DNA of 63,214 bases, the filler included, from Octopus bimaculoides (lineage: Eukaryota), in assembly GCF_001194135.2 (NCBI RefSeq). It is 4 parts of 4 records of this genome, joined end to end, with 100 filler letters (N's around TTAATTAATTAA, not from the genome) between each part and the next. Parts side by side here need not be neighbours in the genome. Positions count along the whole stretch, not along the records: positions 34,794 to 60,670 come from NC_068993.1; positions 60,771 to 63,214 come from NC_069007.1; 2 more parts are not named here. One strand, written 5' to 3'. The translations under genes and the position numbers were made by a program. Under the pieces are notes generated by a model. That model had not been told where the DNA came from. It saw only the letters and a program-made list of their open reading frames with translations, and made no database searches. Below, piece after piece: positions 49,149 to 62,514 of this stretch (position 1 is the first letter of the stretch; each line of letters opens with the position of its first letter).

Positions 49149-50024
49149 TTCTCTCTCTCTCCCGCTCCCTTTCTGACGGTGGTGTCTGTGTGTCGCCTCT
49201 TGATTACATTCCATAATTACATTCTGCAAGGAAGTTGGTTTTTTGTGTTGTTTCTTTTTCTGCAATAAATATCTGCTCTATTTTCCGGAGACTCTAACGA
49301 CGACAACAACAACAACGACGACGACGACGACGACGACTACCACTTCATGTATTCCGGATGTTGTCAATTAAGTAGAAACCCACTTAATTAGTGACTGTTT
49401 TGTCACAGGTACATTGATATAATTATCTGAGATGCTACATTTTAACTTTGTTTAATAAAATTCTATTATTGCCAGTTCCCCCCCCTCCGCCATCTCATCA
49501 GCTCTTTAATATGTTTTAAGTTGCTAATGAAATTAAGAAGAGTCTCAGGTCTCAGCTGGAGCATCGCTTATACGGCGTCTGTTCGGCATAATCCATATAC
49601 GGTGCCTGTCTGCTACTGTCTTCGTACGGCGACGATCTACAGTTCACACTCTGTTGTCACAGGATGTGGTGATACCACCCCCATGGAAAGAACAGTGAAA
49701 TTTTGCTGGTTCAATCCACTTCACAGTAAATAGATATTATGTTTATGTAAGTGGTAGGACCACTGTGTACGTGAACGAGTGTTTCATTAACTTACAGCAT
49801 TGACTTCAAATGCCATTGAATGGTTACAGGCATCAACTGAAGGCTCTTTTGGCATTCCGACCCCTACACTCCAACCAGAAGATTCGGTGCTGTTAGAAAA
49901 ATCTTGTTCTACACAATTCTTCGTCAAGAGCTAAGACATTCTGCAAAGAGGTTCTGTTTTTTTAAGACATCGTCCCTCAGCATCACACATTGACATCTTG
50001 CTCAACTATATCGCATTTCACCAG

Positions 50025-50400
50025 TCACTCAGCGGGTTAGAAATAGCAGCCAAAACTCCCTCGAATCACACCCTAGTGTCTTAAATAATGATGCATGGGA
50101 CAATGCAATCTACCATACATACAAAGATATACTGGTCACGGTTGGAGCAGCTGTGATCATGGATGACAGGTGAATCAGGTCTGACCTCGGGCTGAACAAC
50201 AGCATCCAACAGAAATATATCTCGAGCTGCTAGAAATAGTAGCGAAATCTCTCTCCAAATACATTATTCTGTCTTTAACAAAGAAAAAAACCACACAATG
50301 ATGTTCTTACATCTATGAGGAAGATGGTCATGGCTGGAACGCCTTACTCGTAAATCTGCTGGATCAGGACTGATCAGGGAACAAAACAGCTTCAGAGCAT
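50025..50400 (+). repeat. Old dispersed repeat family E, two tandem copies
   Basis: Motif GCTAGAAATAGCAGCCAAA..TCCCTC.AATCACAC..GTCTT.AA..TGGTCA.GGCTGGA..(AAC)n; other copies at about 5327, 6615, 24420, 40740, 55543, 59430 (minus) and 61393. Confidence 0.7.
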
Positions 50401-51466
50401 TTGATGACGAATCAAAATAATTTACATCAAAGACAGGCATGATGGCGTTTTTAATTATAGCTCGTGGTGTCTTGATTAGCATATTTTCCACGAGAGAGAG
50501 AGAGAGAGAGAGAGAGTAACAGGCAGGCCGCAGAAAGGAATGTATGAGAGCGTGTGTGTCTCACTCTGTGTGTGTGTGTGTTTATGAGGGGGAGAGAGAG
50601 TGAGAGGTGGGAGTTGGTTTCGATGACACATGACCAGATCGATCGATTAGGAAGGTCAGTCTCAATAATAGCTTTGTCACGTGAACAATCTTGTCTTTAA
50701 TCTTTAATCCTCTCAAACTTTGGAAGACATCAGCGATATCAACCAGCAGCTCAGATACTTGGGAGAAACTGNNNNNNNNNNNNNNNNNNNNNNNNNNNNN
50801 NNNNNNNNNNNNNNNNNNNNNNNNNNNNNNNNNNNNNNNNNNNNNNNNNNNNNNNNNNNNNNNNNNNNNNNNNNNNNNNNNNNNNNNNNNNNNNNNNNNN
50901 NNNNNNNNNNNNNNNNNNNNNNNNNNNNNNNNNNNNNNNNNNNNNNNNNNNNNNNNNNNNNNNNNNNNNNNNNNNNNNNNNNNNNNNNNNNNNNNNNNNN
51001 NNNNNNNNNNNNNNNNNNNNNNNNNNNNNNNNNNNNNNNNNNNNNNNNNNNNNNNNNNNNNNNNNNNNNNNNNNNNNNNNNNNNNNNNNNNNNNNNNNNN
51101 NNNNNNNNNNNNNNNNNNNNNNNNNNNNNNNNNNNNNNNNNNNNNNNNNNNNNNNNNNNNNNNNNNNNNNNNNNNNNNNNNNNNNNNNNNNNNNNNNNNN
51201 NNNNNNNNNNNNNNNNNNNNNNNNNNNNNNNNNNNNNNNNNNNNNNNNNNNNNNNNNNNNNNNNNNNNNNNNNNNNNNNNNNNNNNNNNNNNNNNNNNNN
51301 NNNNNNNNNNNNNNNNNNNNNNNNNNNNNNNNNNNNNNNNNNNNNNNNNNNNNNNNNNNNNNNNNNNNNNNNNNNNNNNNNNNNNNNNNNNNNNNNNNNN
51401 NNNNNNNNNNNNNNNNNNNNNNNNNNNNNNNNNNNNNNNNNNNNNNNNNNNNNNNNNNNNNNNNNN

Positions 51467-51502
<36 letters not shown>

Positions 51503-51889
51503 CCAAACATATGTGTGTGCGTTTGTATTTTTGTGCTTATCAGTGTAAAACGGTGCATTGCGTTGCATGCCTTTAGGTCAAAAGATAGAACTGCCTTTCA
51601 CTATAATAACTATGTAGAGGAAATATATACTGAAGGTTATATGAGGTGGTATTCCAGCATGGTCGTAGTCCAATGACTGAAACCAGTAAACACAACAAAA
51701 TACACGCGTGCGTGAGTGTATAATGTATACGTTTGTATGCATATGCATATTTATATATCATTTATGATTTGTTTATGTGTATATGTGTGTGTGTGCGTGT
51801 GTATGTATTATATTATACACGCACATATATGATATATAATATATATATATACACATATATACATATAGATGTGTGTGTCTGTGTGTGTT

Positions 51890-51928
<39 letters not shown>

Positions 51929-54786
51929 TCACACATAACCGATCTACGTAATCAGTTTACGAAGTTATTAGTGGCGAAGTGCAATAAGAGGTGTGAAACG
52001 ATGTGTTAAAATTGTTCGACTTCCTGGAAAAAAATCAACAAAGCCAGTAAAGATTAAGTTTGAAAAATTTCGAGGCAACTCTTCATGTTTGATGTTCATC
52101 ATAAATATTAACACAGAACGATGATATGATCGCCATATGAAAGACACCGGATTACCAGTTTGGGGCCGACAATCATCGCCAATCATTTCACTCAGATTTT
52201 AAACAATTTTACCATTTTTTTTTTACTTATTTATTTATTTATTTTGTGTATGTTCAATGTGTGCTTTGTTGGTTTGTTGGTTTCTGTGTGTTTCTTGTTC
52301 TCTTCCACCTTCCGTATCTGCTGCAGTTCGAAATTTCGTTCTCTATTTCTCTCTCTCTCTCTCTCTCTCTCTTTATTTCTTCACTTCCTACTCTTTCTCC
52401 TCCTCTTTATCATCATTATCATCTCTTTCCTACGCTCTCTCTGCCTTTCCCACCTTCTTTACTCTCTCTCTTTCTCTCTCTCATATTTCTTTCCCCTTAT
52501 CTTCCTCTCTTCCTCTCCCTCTCCCTCTTTGCCACCTCTTCTCAGTTCCTAACTCACACCTCGCCTTCTCATCCTCTCCTCCCTCCACTCACTACACGCT
52601 CTCCTATTTCTCTTCCTATCACCCTCTCTATCACATCTACTCTCACTACTACCCCCCACCTCTACCTCATTCCCAATTTTGCCTGTTGAGATTCTAAGAA
52701 TTCTCAGAATGAAAGAAAACTCGCAGAGAAGAAAGATGGACCTTTTGCGTCTGTCTGTTTGTTTTAGCGATTGTCACAAACCATTCTTCTTCCTTCTTCA
52801 TTTTCTGATTTCTTCTTCTTCTTGTTCTTCTTCTCCATCTCCTTCTCTTTCTTCTCCTTCTCTTTCTTCTCCTTCTCTTTACTCTCCAGCTTCCCTCTTC
52901 TCCTTCCTCTTCTTGCTCCCCATCTTCCTCATCTTCTCCTCTTAGGTCCATCTGCACAATCAGAAGAATCAATGCCAGTTTTCTGTTTTTAAATTACTCG
53001 TCATTCTTTCAATCTGTCTGTCTCTCTGTCCCTCCCTCTCTCTCTTCTTTGTCCCTCCCCCTCTCTCTTCTTTGTCCCTCCCCCTCTCTCTTCTCTCTCC
53101 CTCTTTCAATCTGTCTGTCCCTCTCTCTCTTCTCCCTCCTTTCCTAAAAGATATTTTCCTTTCATTTCTAACTCAACCCTTTTCCGCCGTCCCTTCTCCG
53201 TTATTATTTTAAACAGATCTGCTTTCCCCAATATTTACTTTCTACAAATGCACCAATGAAATAATGATTGAAAAACAACAATACCCCCCCTCCCAATCCA
53301 CCCGCACCAACTTACTTACCTACCTACCCACTTACCTACCTATCTACCTTCCTTTCGATCTTTGCCTAACCGCTTCTTCTTCTTCTTCTTCTTCTTCTTC
53401 TTCTTCACGTGGCCCCCATTCCTCCGTGCACAAGAGCCCCTTTCCCCGTCCGTGCTAGCACGGTTGTGCAACGTCTCCAAATACAAATATTAGGTTCATA
53501 AAAGATTATCAAAATAAAATTAAATGAATTATCGTTTAGAATCCCATGAAATTACAAACGACAAAAACCAAAAAGAAAGCAAGAAAAATAACGTGTGTAG
53601 AGAAAGAAAGAGAGAGAGAGAGAGAGAGAAAGAGGGGGGAGCGAGAAAGAGATTACGAAGAAGATAAAAAAATGTGAAAATTCGGTAAACTTTCTTCAGA
53701 CATGGAATGACCAATATTTCGCACAATTTTCATTAAAAAAAGTAAATGGAATTATTGTAATATTTAAAATTGCATCTTTTTATTTGAGTCTGGTTAAAAT
53801 TTGTTAGATATACTGATCATAAGGAGTGTGTGTGTGTTATTGAAACACTAAACGACTGTATTTAGAATGTCAGCAAAATCTTGACAATTCCAGTTTTGAT
53901 GTATTTTGATAACAATGTTTCTATAATTGTTCATTTTTGGAGACAGTCCAGGCTCCAAACCTACAACTCTTATCCGACTGTTTTCCTGTCGCCATTTAAA
54001 ACAGTCACTTCTTTGTCACTTCCTCTCGCTAGACTAACTTCCGCCGGCCTGACAATATTGTTACATATAATTTCATATTTCAATATCTCATAATTTTATA
54101 TTTTTTTTATAATAAATTACTTAAAGGTTTAAATTCGTTTCACTTTCATATTTTCGATTTTATTTTTGTTTCAGTGTTTGCTAGGAAAAGACACGCTGGA
54201 GTACGTAGATCAATACTACAAAAAGACGTGGTTACCTGGTTTATATATATATATATATATATACAGGTAGATATATAGATATACATAATATACATAAAAA
54301 TCACTGACACGTATATATGCATGCTCACAGACACAAACACACACACACACACACATATATATCTGCATGTATATATGTATATATACGCACAAGCACACAC
54401 ATTAATCGAAGTACACTACAATACTTTCATATTACATATATATTTTATCTCCAAGACAGACTTCACCTCATTGATATATACACTCAGAGGTTTGGAGTTT
54501 GGTTATTGGAATTATTTATCAATAAAGGATTAACCTTATTGATTAAGAAAGGCTATGGGTGGGGCGGGTGGACATCTCTCCCAAAGGAAACATCGATATA
54601 ACGTCATTGCTACAATCAGGAACTGAAACAAACTGGTCCTAAGATACGGTTCAGCGGAGGTGGCCATATTATCCGGACTAAATATAGAAGTATTCTAGCA
54701 TGACTGACTAATAGAATAATGTATCGAATATATCAGTTTTTGTTTGTATATACATAAATTTTTGTATTCATATATGTATATGTATG

Positions 54787-54833
<47 letters not shown>

Positions 54834-54850
54834 GTATGTATATTCAAACA

Positions 54851-54892
<42 letters not shown>

Positions 54893-54921
54893 CATACATA
54901 CAAACATACATATAAATCTAC

Positions 54922-54961
<40 letters not shown>

Positions 54962-55959
54962 GTACATACATGTATACATATATGTGTGTGCATGTGCGTG
55001 TGTGTATAGACAGACACCACACACACACACAGACCGGCGGACACACATCCCGATACAACCAAAGTTAAAGCAATGGGTGATGGGTAAGTTCTCTCCTATG
55101 GTTTAGGTCTCGATTTTTCAACTCGAAATTCCCAACAGATCCGACCCAAATGTAATATTCATCAAGCATCATGGCGGACAGTTAGCTACGAGCTACCTGG
55201 ATGGAAAACATGCATTATATAGAGGGCATTAAAACAAATAGAGAACTAGGCAACCGTTGTTATTATTAGGGAGAGTAAAGAAGGGGTGCTAATGGAATTT
55301 AGCAGGTTTGGGGGTGCAGCAGGGCGGTGGCGGTGGTGGTGGTGGTGTGTTTAACACTATGGCCGCCCTTCCATTTGCTGCCGTCTTGTTGGCGCCGTAA
55401 CTGACAAGTAATATGTCGGACGGGATTTGATGCACTTGTCAATGATTAGAGGGGACGGCAGTGAAGGATGTCAGAAAATTAAACATCCTCCGTCCCAATA
55501 ACCAGTTTAACACCAGCCAGAGAGGGAGGCCTCTATACATAGTCGCTCGACTCGCTAGAAATAATAGTAAAGCTATCCTCAAATTACGTCTTATTGCCTT
55601 CAAACACGCACATACAGAAGGGATTGCAGTGGGTAATTTTAGCTGCAAGTCATTATTGCTGGGTCAACGTTGACCTAAGGTTAAACAACAGCAGCCACAA
55701 CAATAAACTAGTTAACATGTTCACTGTTGTTAATTTGCCGTTTGTGCCATTCGTTATTCAGGTTAAAGTCCTGCGTGTTTCAAATATTTACAACTTTACT
55801 TCTCTCTGAGATAGAATGGCTTCTGTGTGGTCTCTTATATATGATAGGGTAGCCTGTATTTGGTACACACTATCTTTATTTGATGTACTGGGTGGGACTC
55901 TATATACAATGGAATAGTCTAAAGCGGTGGGCTTGCGGAATCATGAGCACACCGGAACA

Positions 55960-56180
55960 AATATTCTTTTCTATTCTAGAGCACAAGGCCTGACATTTTT
56001 GGGAAGGGGACCAGTCGATTAGATCGACCCCAGCACGCAGCTGGTACTTAATTTGTCGACCCCGAAAGGATGAAAGGCAAAGTCGACCTCGGCGGAATTT
56101 GAACTCAGAACGTAGCGGTAGACGAAATGCTGCTAAGCATTTCGCCCAGCGTGCTAACGTTTCTGCCAGCTCACCGCCTT
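55960..56180 (-). mobile_element. SINE family B (full length, young)
   Basis: Head AAGGCGGTGAGCTGGCAGAAACG, B box GAGTTCAAATTCC, core GGTCGACTTTGCCTTTCATCCTTTCGGGGTCGAC. Confidence 0.92.
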
Positions 56181-57234
56181 TACACTGGACCAAATATTAA
56201 CGGTATTTCTTCCGTTCCCCCCCCCCGTTCTGAATTCAAACCCCACAGAAGTCCACTTTGCTTTTAATTTAGGGCCCATAAAAAAAGTNNNNNNNNNNNN
56301 NNNNNNNNNNNNNNNNNNNNNNNNNNNNNNNNNNNNNNNNNNNNNNNNNNNNNNNNNNNNNNNNNNNNNNNNNNNNNNNNNNNNNNNNNNNNNNNNNNNN
56401 NNNNNNNNNNNNNNNNNNNNNNNNNNNNNNNNNNNNNNNNNNNNNNNNNNNNNNNNNNNNNNNNNNNNNNNNNNNNNNNNNNNNNNNNNNNNNNNNNNNN
56501 NNNNNNNNNNNNNNNNNNNNNNNNNNNNNNNNNNNNNNNNNNNNNNNNNNNNNNNNNNNNNNNNNNNNNNNNNNNNNNNNNNNNNNNNNNNNNNNNNNNN
56601 NNNNNNNNNNNNNNNNNNNNNNNNNNNNNNNNNNNNNNNNNNNNNNNNNNNNNNNNNNNNNNNNNNNNNNNNNNNNNNNNNNNNNNNNNNNNNNNNNNNN
56701 NNNNNNNNNNNNNNNNNNNNNNNNNNNNNNNNNNNNNNNNNNNNNNNNNNNNNNNNNNNNNNNNNNNNNNNNNNNNNNNNNNNNNNNNNNNNNNNNNNNN
56801 NNNNNNNNNNNNNNNNNNNNNNNNNNNNNNNNNNNNNNNNNNNNNNNNNNNNNNNNNNNNNNNNNNNNNNNNNNNNNNNNNNNNNNNNNNNNNNNNNNNN
56901 NNNNNNNNNNNNNNNNNNNNNNNNNNNNNNNNNNNNNNNNNNNNNNNNNNNNNNNNNNNNNNNNNNNNNNNNNNNNNNNNNNNNNNNNNNNNNNNNNNNN
57001 NNNNNNNNNNNNNNNNNNNNNNNNNNNNNNNNNNNNNNNNNNNNNNNNNNNNNNNNNNNNNNNNNNNNNNNNNNNNNNNNNNNNNNNNNNNNNNNNNNNN
57101 NNNNNNNAAGAGAGGGTGAGAGGGATGGGAGAGAGAGAGAAGGAGAGAGAGAGAGAGAGAGAGAGAGGGGGGAGAGAGAGAGGGGGAGAGAGAGGGAGAG
57201 AGAGAGGGAGATAGAGCTGTTGGGACTAGACTGT

Positions 57235-57345
57235 TATTTCATTTTATTGACCCCAGAATGATGAAAGATAAAGCTGACCTCGGCATTATTTGAACTCAAA
57301 ACGCAAAAAGAAAAAAACTGGAATAAATACCACAAGACATTAACG
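57235..57345 (-). mobile_element. SINE family B-like degenerate fragment
   Basis: TTTTATTGACCCCAGAATGATGAAAGATAAAGCTGACCTCGGCATTATTTGAACTC matches the B core in reverse. Confidence 0.65.
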
Positions 57346-57709
57346 ATCCAGTTTTTCTGTAGCCTGTTTTCAATTCCAATAGTTGTATCAATAAACAATC
57401 AATTATTGATTTTTTTGTTTACAAAAGCTGTATAATAGGTTTTGTGTTTTTATGAGAAGCAGTGGGACCATTAGTGCAGGGAAATGGTTACAAGTGGGAA
57501 TCGGTACCAGTTCCCAGAGAAAGATCGATATATTAAGCTAGGAAGAAATATTTGTCTGTAATTCCTTACAGTTAGGTCTCCACTTCTCTGCGACTCTAAC
57601 AACAATCAGTTGTTGAGGAGGGATCCATTCTACAAGCACTGATGTTACTGGCCAAGTGGCAGCACTTCCGGTGTGTGTGTGTGTGTGTGTGAGAACTGAC
57701 CATTGTTTC

Positions 57710-57847
57710 GGATCGACAAAATCTTCGGATACTCGGAACCTTTTGTTCCACAGAATCGTTTGATCTAAAGAATATTTTCATCCACAAGATCATTCGGTCA
57801 ATGGAATTTGCTTTGATCCGCAGAATTTATCGATCCAGAGAATCGTT
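57710..57847 (+). repeat. Degenerate 17-bp tandem array, 8 units
   Basis: Units such as TGTTCCACAGAATCGTT, TGATCTAAAGAATATTT, TCATCCACAAGATCATT, TGATCCGCAGAATTTAT, CGATCCAGAGAATCGTT. Confidence 0.7.
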
Positions 57848-58709
57848 TAGTTGCCAGTTTTTGAGGAACGAATCTTCATGTTTATGGCAACAAATATGGT
57901 GTTGCCGCGTTCATGATTTCGAATAGACATGGCATGATTGCTACAACTTCCACTTTGTCGAAGGAATAGAGAAAGAGGCAGCCGTGGCGTTTAAACCCTA
58001 TTAGTGCGCCGAAGCGAGAATCGAAATCCCAAATACACAGCCAACCCCTGAATTTGTAGAAAACTCCTATGTAGGACCCTTGCTGTTTACTCGTAACATA
58101 GAGACAAGTCTTGAAATGCGATTATGTGACCCTCCTGCGTTTCCCCATTAAGAACGTTATCAGACCCAGCAACTGAAACTAAACTGTTCCGACCAAGATC
58201 TTCATTCTAAGACATTTACTTGTCACCACAAGACAAGATACTACGAGAGAACCTCTATGGAGACGCTCTAACTGCTAAAAATAGCGACTAAATGTCTATC
58301 ATATCAGTCCTACCATGATGAAAACAAAAAGGAAGGGTACACGGGGCTGCATACTGAACAATGGAGAGAGAGACGGGGATGAGAGAAAGACGGGGGGGGG
58401 GATGGAGATAGGGTGACATTGTAGAAGTTAGTGAAAGGTCTGGAGCTGCATTTTCCTGTTCTTTAAATGGTAGAAAAATGTTTTTTTGTCTTGTCACAGC
58501 CTTTCATTAGAGCAAACAACAAAACCAACAACAACAAAAGCTGTTACTACTCCTGTAGCAACAGTAGCAACAACAACAACGACAGCAACAACAACAACAA
58601 CAACTGCCACAACAACCCTGCTTATGGAAGCAGACAGACAGTGATGCATGACAACAGAAATATTGAACGACATTTCTTCCCCTCCTCCGCAGATGAACAC
58701 TCAGTTTCC

Positions 58710-58766
<57 letters not shown>

Positions 58767-59040
58767 AAGAAAGGCAGTGTGTGTGTACTGTTGCCATTTC
58801 TCTATTTTTTAAGTTGTTTACTTTTAGTTTCGATTCTACAAACCCCCATTTGTTGTTTGTGTGTCACTGGATCCATGCTGAAGTGTATTTAATTGTCCAC
58901 ACAAACTGTCCACATACATGTTCACATTCCACTTGAAATATATACCCGTCCATCCATCCATCCATCCATCCATCCATCCATGTATGTACCTAGCTACTGA
59001 TCCATCCATCCATCTATCCATCCATCTATCTATCTATCTA

Positions 59041-59098
<58 letters not shown>

Positions 59099-60259
59099 CA
59101 TCCAGCCAGCCACCCATCTACCTACCTACCTACCTGCGTTTATTATAAGAATATGTTGATAAATCACATACCTACATCAATCCTTTCTGTTGATATTGAA
59201 TACATCAATATATTTGGCAAACACAGAGACAACTGTGAACATGTTTCTACCTATTAGCTTTCCTTGGCGGGTCTAGTGATAGTCATCCACTCTATTGATG
59301 TACAATAACAAACAGGTGTTAACATAATAAAAGTGGAAAATGACTCAGGGGCACCATCGTTATGAAATGCAATAGTTAAACGATAGCATATTTAGTGCAG
59401 AGAGCAAAACAATCAGCAGGTGACTTAAAGATATTTCCTCACACAACCCTGTGTTACATTTGTCGTTGTTGTGGTCAGATGTCTTTACACAGACATCTAG
59501 ACACCCCCCAGCCATGATCATCCCGCCATTTAGATAGATATATCTATTGCTATATTGACAATAGGAAATAGGTGGAGGGAAATACGGCTGCTCTTTCTAA
59601 TAGGTGAAGTGACTGAGGTTTCCTGTTTGGTTTTGTTTTTCTAGCTGGTTTCTGGTTAACTTAAGATCATTGTCTGGTTTCTATGGTAATCTATCACAGT
59701 AGGTGGTTAATTTATTGAAAACAATTTCGTATAATTAGCGGAGATTATCTCTGTCCGAAGACGGAAAGAAATACTGAGGTCGATGAAGCATTTATTATCG
59801 GTTAATTGAAGATAAAAGAGAGAGAGATGTTAAGTGAGATGAGATTGAAGGAGTTGTTCGGTTGAGATGAAACTATTTGAGACAAATGTCATCCAAGGAA
59901 GCATTACGTTTGGGGCTTTTGTGCTTTGGACCCAAATAAAAAATTTCTTTCCCTATAAAAGGAAGTCACAACCATCCACTGACAGAATCTATTTTGTTTT
60001 ACTTTTCAAGAGAAGGAAAGAGGTTAACTTGCAACAGGAAGCTGCCTTGAATGCTTCCGAAAAACGAACTCCATCAAAGTTACAAAGTGGGGGTCAAATG
60101 AAGGCGTTAAACAAGGTCACAAATTATTGTCTATTTCTTCTTATAAGACGGGAATCTTTATAATCAGATTAAGGCTTTTCATTGCAACTAAATTTCGTTA
60201 TTTCCCGACTCGTGTTTCACGCTGATCTTCAGTTATAGTCTGAAGGACTCTCTCTACAA

Positions 60260-60392
60260 TATATATATACGACGGGCTTCTTTCAGTTTCCATCTACCAA
60301 ATCCACTCACAAGGCTTTGATCGGCCCGAGGCTATAGTAGAAGACACTTGCCCAAGGTGCCACGCAGTGGGATTGAACCCAGAACAACGTTG
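60260..60392 (-). mobile_element. SINE family C, central fragment
   Basis: Close match to 11722-11850. Confidence 0.85.
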
Positions 60393-60440
60393 GTGCAATG
60401 TTTCTTTGTCATTAATAAAATACTGTCAGCGATTACTTAA

Positions 60441-60655
60441 TTAGCGAACTGACAGAACCGTCAGCACGCCGGAGAGAAGTCTTGGCACCATTTCGTCCGT
60501 TTCTGCCTTCTGGGTTCAAATTACACCGATCTCGACTTTGATTTTAATCCTTTCGAGGTCGATAAAAATGAGTACCAGCTAAACACTGGAGTCGATATAT
60601 TCGACTAGACTCCACCCCAAAATTTCAGGCCTTGTGCTTTTAGTAGAAAGGATTA
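60441..60655 (+). mobile_element. SINE family B
   Basis: Colinear with 42767-42985; a more eroded copy lies at about 61095-61315. Confidence 0.85.
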
Positions 60656-60770
60656 GTATTATCATCATTANNNNNNNNNNNNNNNNNNNNNNNNNNNNNN
60701 NNNNNNNNNNNNNNTTAATTAATTAANNNNNNNNNNNNNNNNNNNNNNNNNNNNNNNNNNNNNNNNNNNN

Positions 60771-60805
<35 letters not shown>

Positions 60806-60899
60806 ACTGCGCATACTCAATGTATGTGTTTTGCTTGTTTGTTGCGATATACTGCTCTGGGGACGAGTCATTCAAAGTACTTGGTGTTAACAACACTGA

Positions 60900-61045
60900 A
60901 AGTCATAGACAGGCGAGATAACTCGCCTCCTATCCCATTGACGAATACCGGTATGTCGCCATTTTTGTCACGTATCAACATCACGTACGTACAAAAAGGT
61001 CTTTGTGGATGCGAAACCATTGGTCACTCTATGACCGGACATAAA
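60900..61045 (+). mobile_element. Solo copy of the Penelope-like tail at 26979-27175
   Basis: Shared AGACAGG..GAGATAACTCG and CTTT(A/G)TGGATGCGAAA(T/C)CATTG(A/G)TCACTCTA(C/T)GAC..GACATA. Confidence 0.7.
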
Positions 61046-61920
61046 CTTAATAACTTTTAATAATTATATATATCTATGTGTGTGTGTGTGTAATGGTGGT
61101 GATTAGAATGGTAGAGCAGCGACAAATGAAATGCTAATCAGTATTTAGTTATTCCCCCTTTACGTGTTGTGTTCAAAAGCCGACAAAGTAAACTTTTTCG
61201 TTTTTTCAGGAGACGATAAAAATAAAAGTACCAGCGAAGTACAAGAGTAAATATAATTAGCTAACTACTCTTTCCTGAAACTTCTGGCTTTGTGCTTATA
61301 TTAAAACCAATTATTCCTAGATATCTGGATCCTGATTTATTAAAGGAACAGTAATTACTTTAAGTAGCGAGGCCGCCAACAAGGAAGTTTGTATGTGGTC
61401 ATTCAGATATACTAGAAATAACAGTCAAATTTCAATTAAATGACTCCTTACTTTGTTTTAAAGATAAAAGAGGACACATTGGATAATGTATTCCTGGATA
61501 CACTATGCCTAGAAGGAATAAATGGTCGCGGCTTGAACGACTGGAACCATAAGCTTCAAGAGCGGTGTTTAAAGAAGTAAAAACAACTGTACGAATGAAA
61601 GCAACATATTATTTACCACTACTGGTGAGTCTTTCATTTTTCAGGTTACGGAGAGTTGTAAAAGTGTTTATATTTAAATATTTCCGACTGAAAAGTCGGG
61701 ACGAGAAATAAAGACACAGCGACGACGACATTGGGAAGAACAGATGCTGGCCGGTGTAAAGATTTCAAGTGACCCTCGATTCAGAATATCCCCCGGTAAT
61801 CTGAGTCCGGTTTCAAATTACGCTTGCACTATCTTCTAGAATCTACACGCGCGCGTGTGTACATACATACATATGTTCGTGAGTTAATCTACATAAGGTG
61901 TTTTTATACACACACACTGT

Positions 61921-61957
<37 letters not shown>

Positions 61958-62131
61958 GGCGCATGGCTCAGTGGTTAGAGCGTCGAGCTTACGATCGTGA
62001 GATTGTGAGTTCGAATCCCGGACCGGGCTGCGTGTTGTGTTCTTAAGCAAGACACTTTATTTCACGTTGCTCCAGTTCACTCAGCTGTAGAAATGAGTTG
62101 CAACGTCACAGGTGCCAAGCTGTATCGGCCC
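61958..62131 (+). mobile_element. tRNA-derived CORE-type SINE, family D (3' end in gap)
   Basis: A box TGGCTCAGTGG, B box GAGTTCGAATCCC, CORE-like TTCTTAAGCAAGACACTTTATTTCACGTTGCTCCAG. Confidence 0.85.
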
Positions 62132-62429
62132 NNNNNNNNNNNNNNNNNNNNNNNNNNNNNNNNNNNNNNNNNNNNNNNNNNNNNNNNNNNNNNNNNNNNN
62201 NNNNNNNNNNNNNNNNNNNNNNNNNNNNNNNNNNNNNNNNNNNNNNNNNNNNNNNNNNNNNNNNNNNNNNNNNNNNNNNNNNNNNNNNNNNNNNNNNNNN
62301 NNNNNNNNNNNNNNNNNNNNNNNNNNNNNNNNNNNNNNNNNNNNNNNNNNNNNNNNNNNNNNNNNNNNNNNNNNNNNNNNNNNNNNNNNNNNNNNNNNNN
62401 NNNNNNNNNNNNNNNNNNNNNNNNNNNNA

Positions 62430-62432
62430 TAT

Positions 62433-62514
<82 letters not shown>

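Noticed and set aside
57710-57847. Array as a CRISPR locus
   Set aside because: Units are contiguous with no unique spacers, there are no cas genes, and the context is eukaryotic.
61958-62030. tRNA-like sequences with A and B boxes (also 1421, 13626, 39878)
   Set aside because: Acceptor stems do not pair and they continue into SINE bodies: SINE heads, not tRNA genes.
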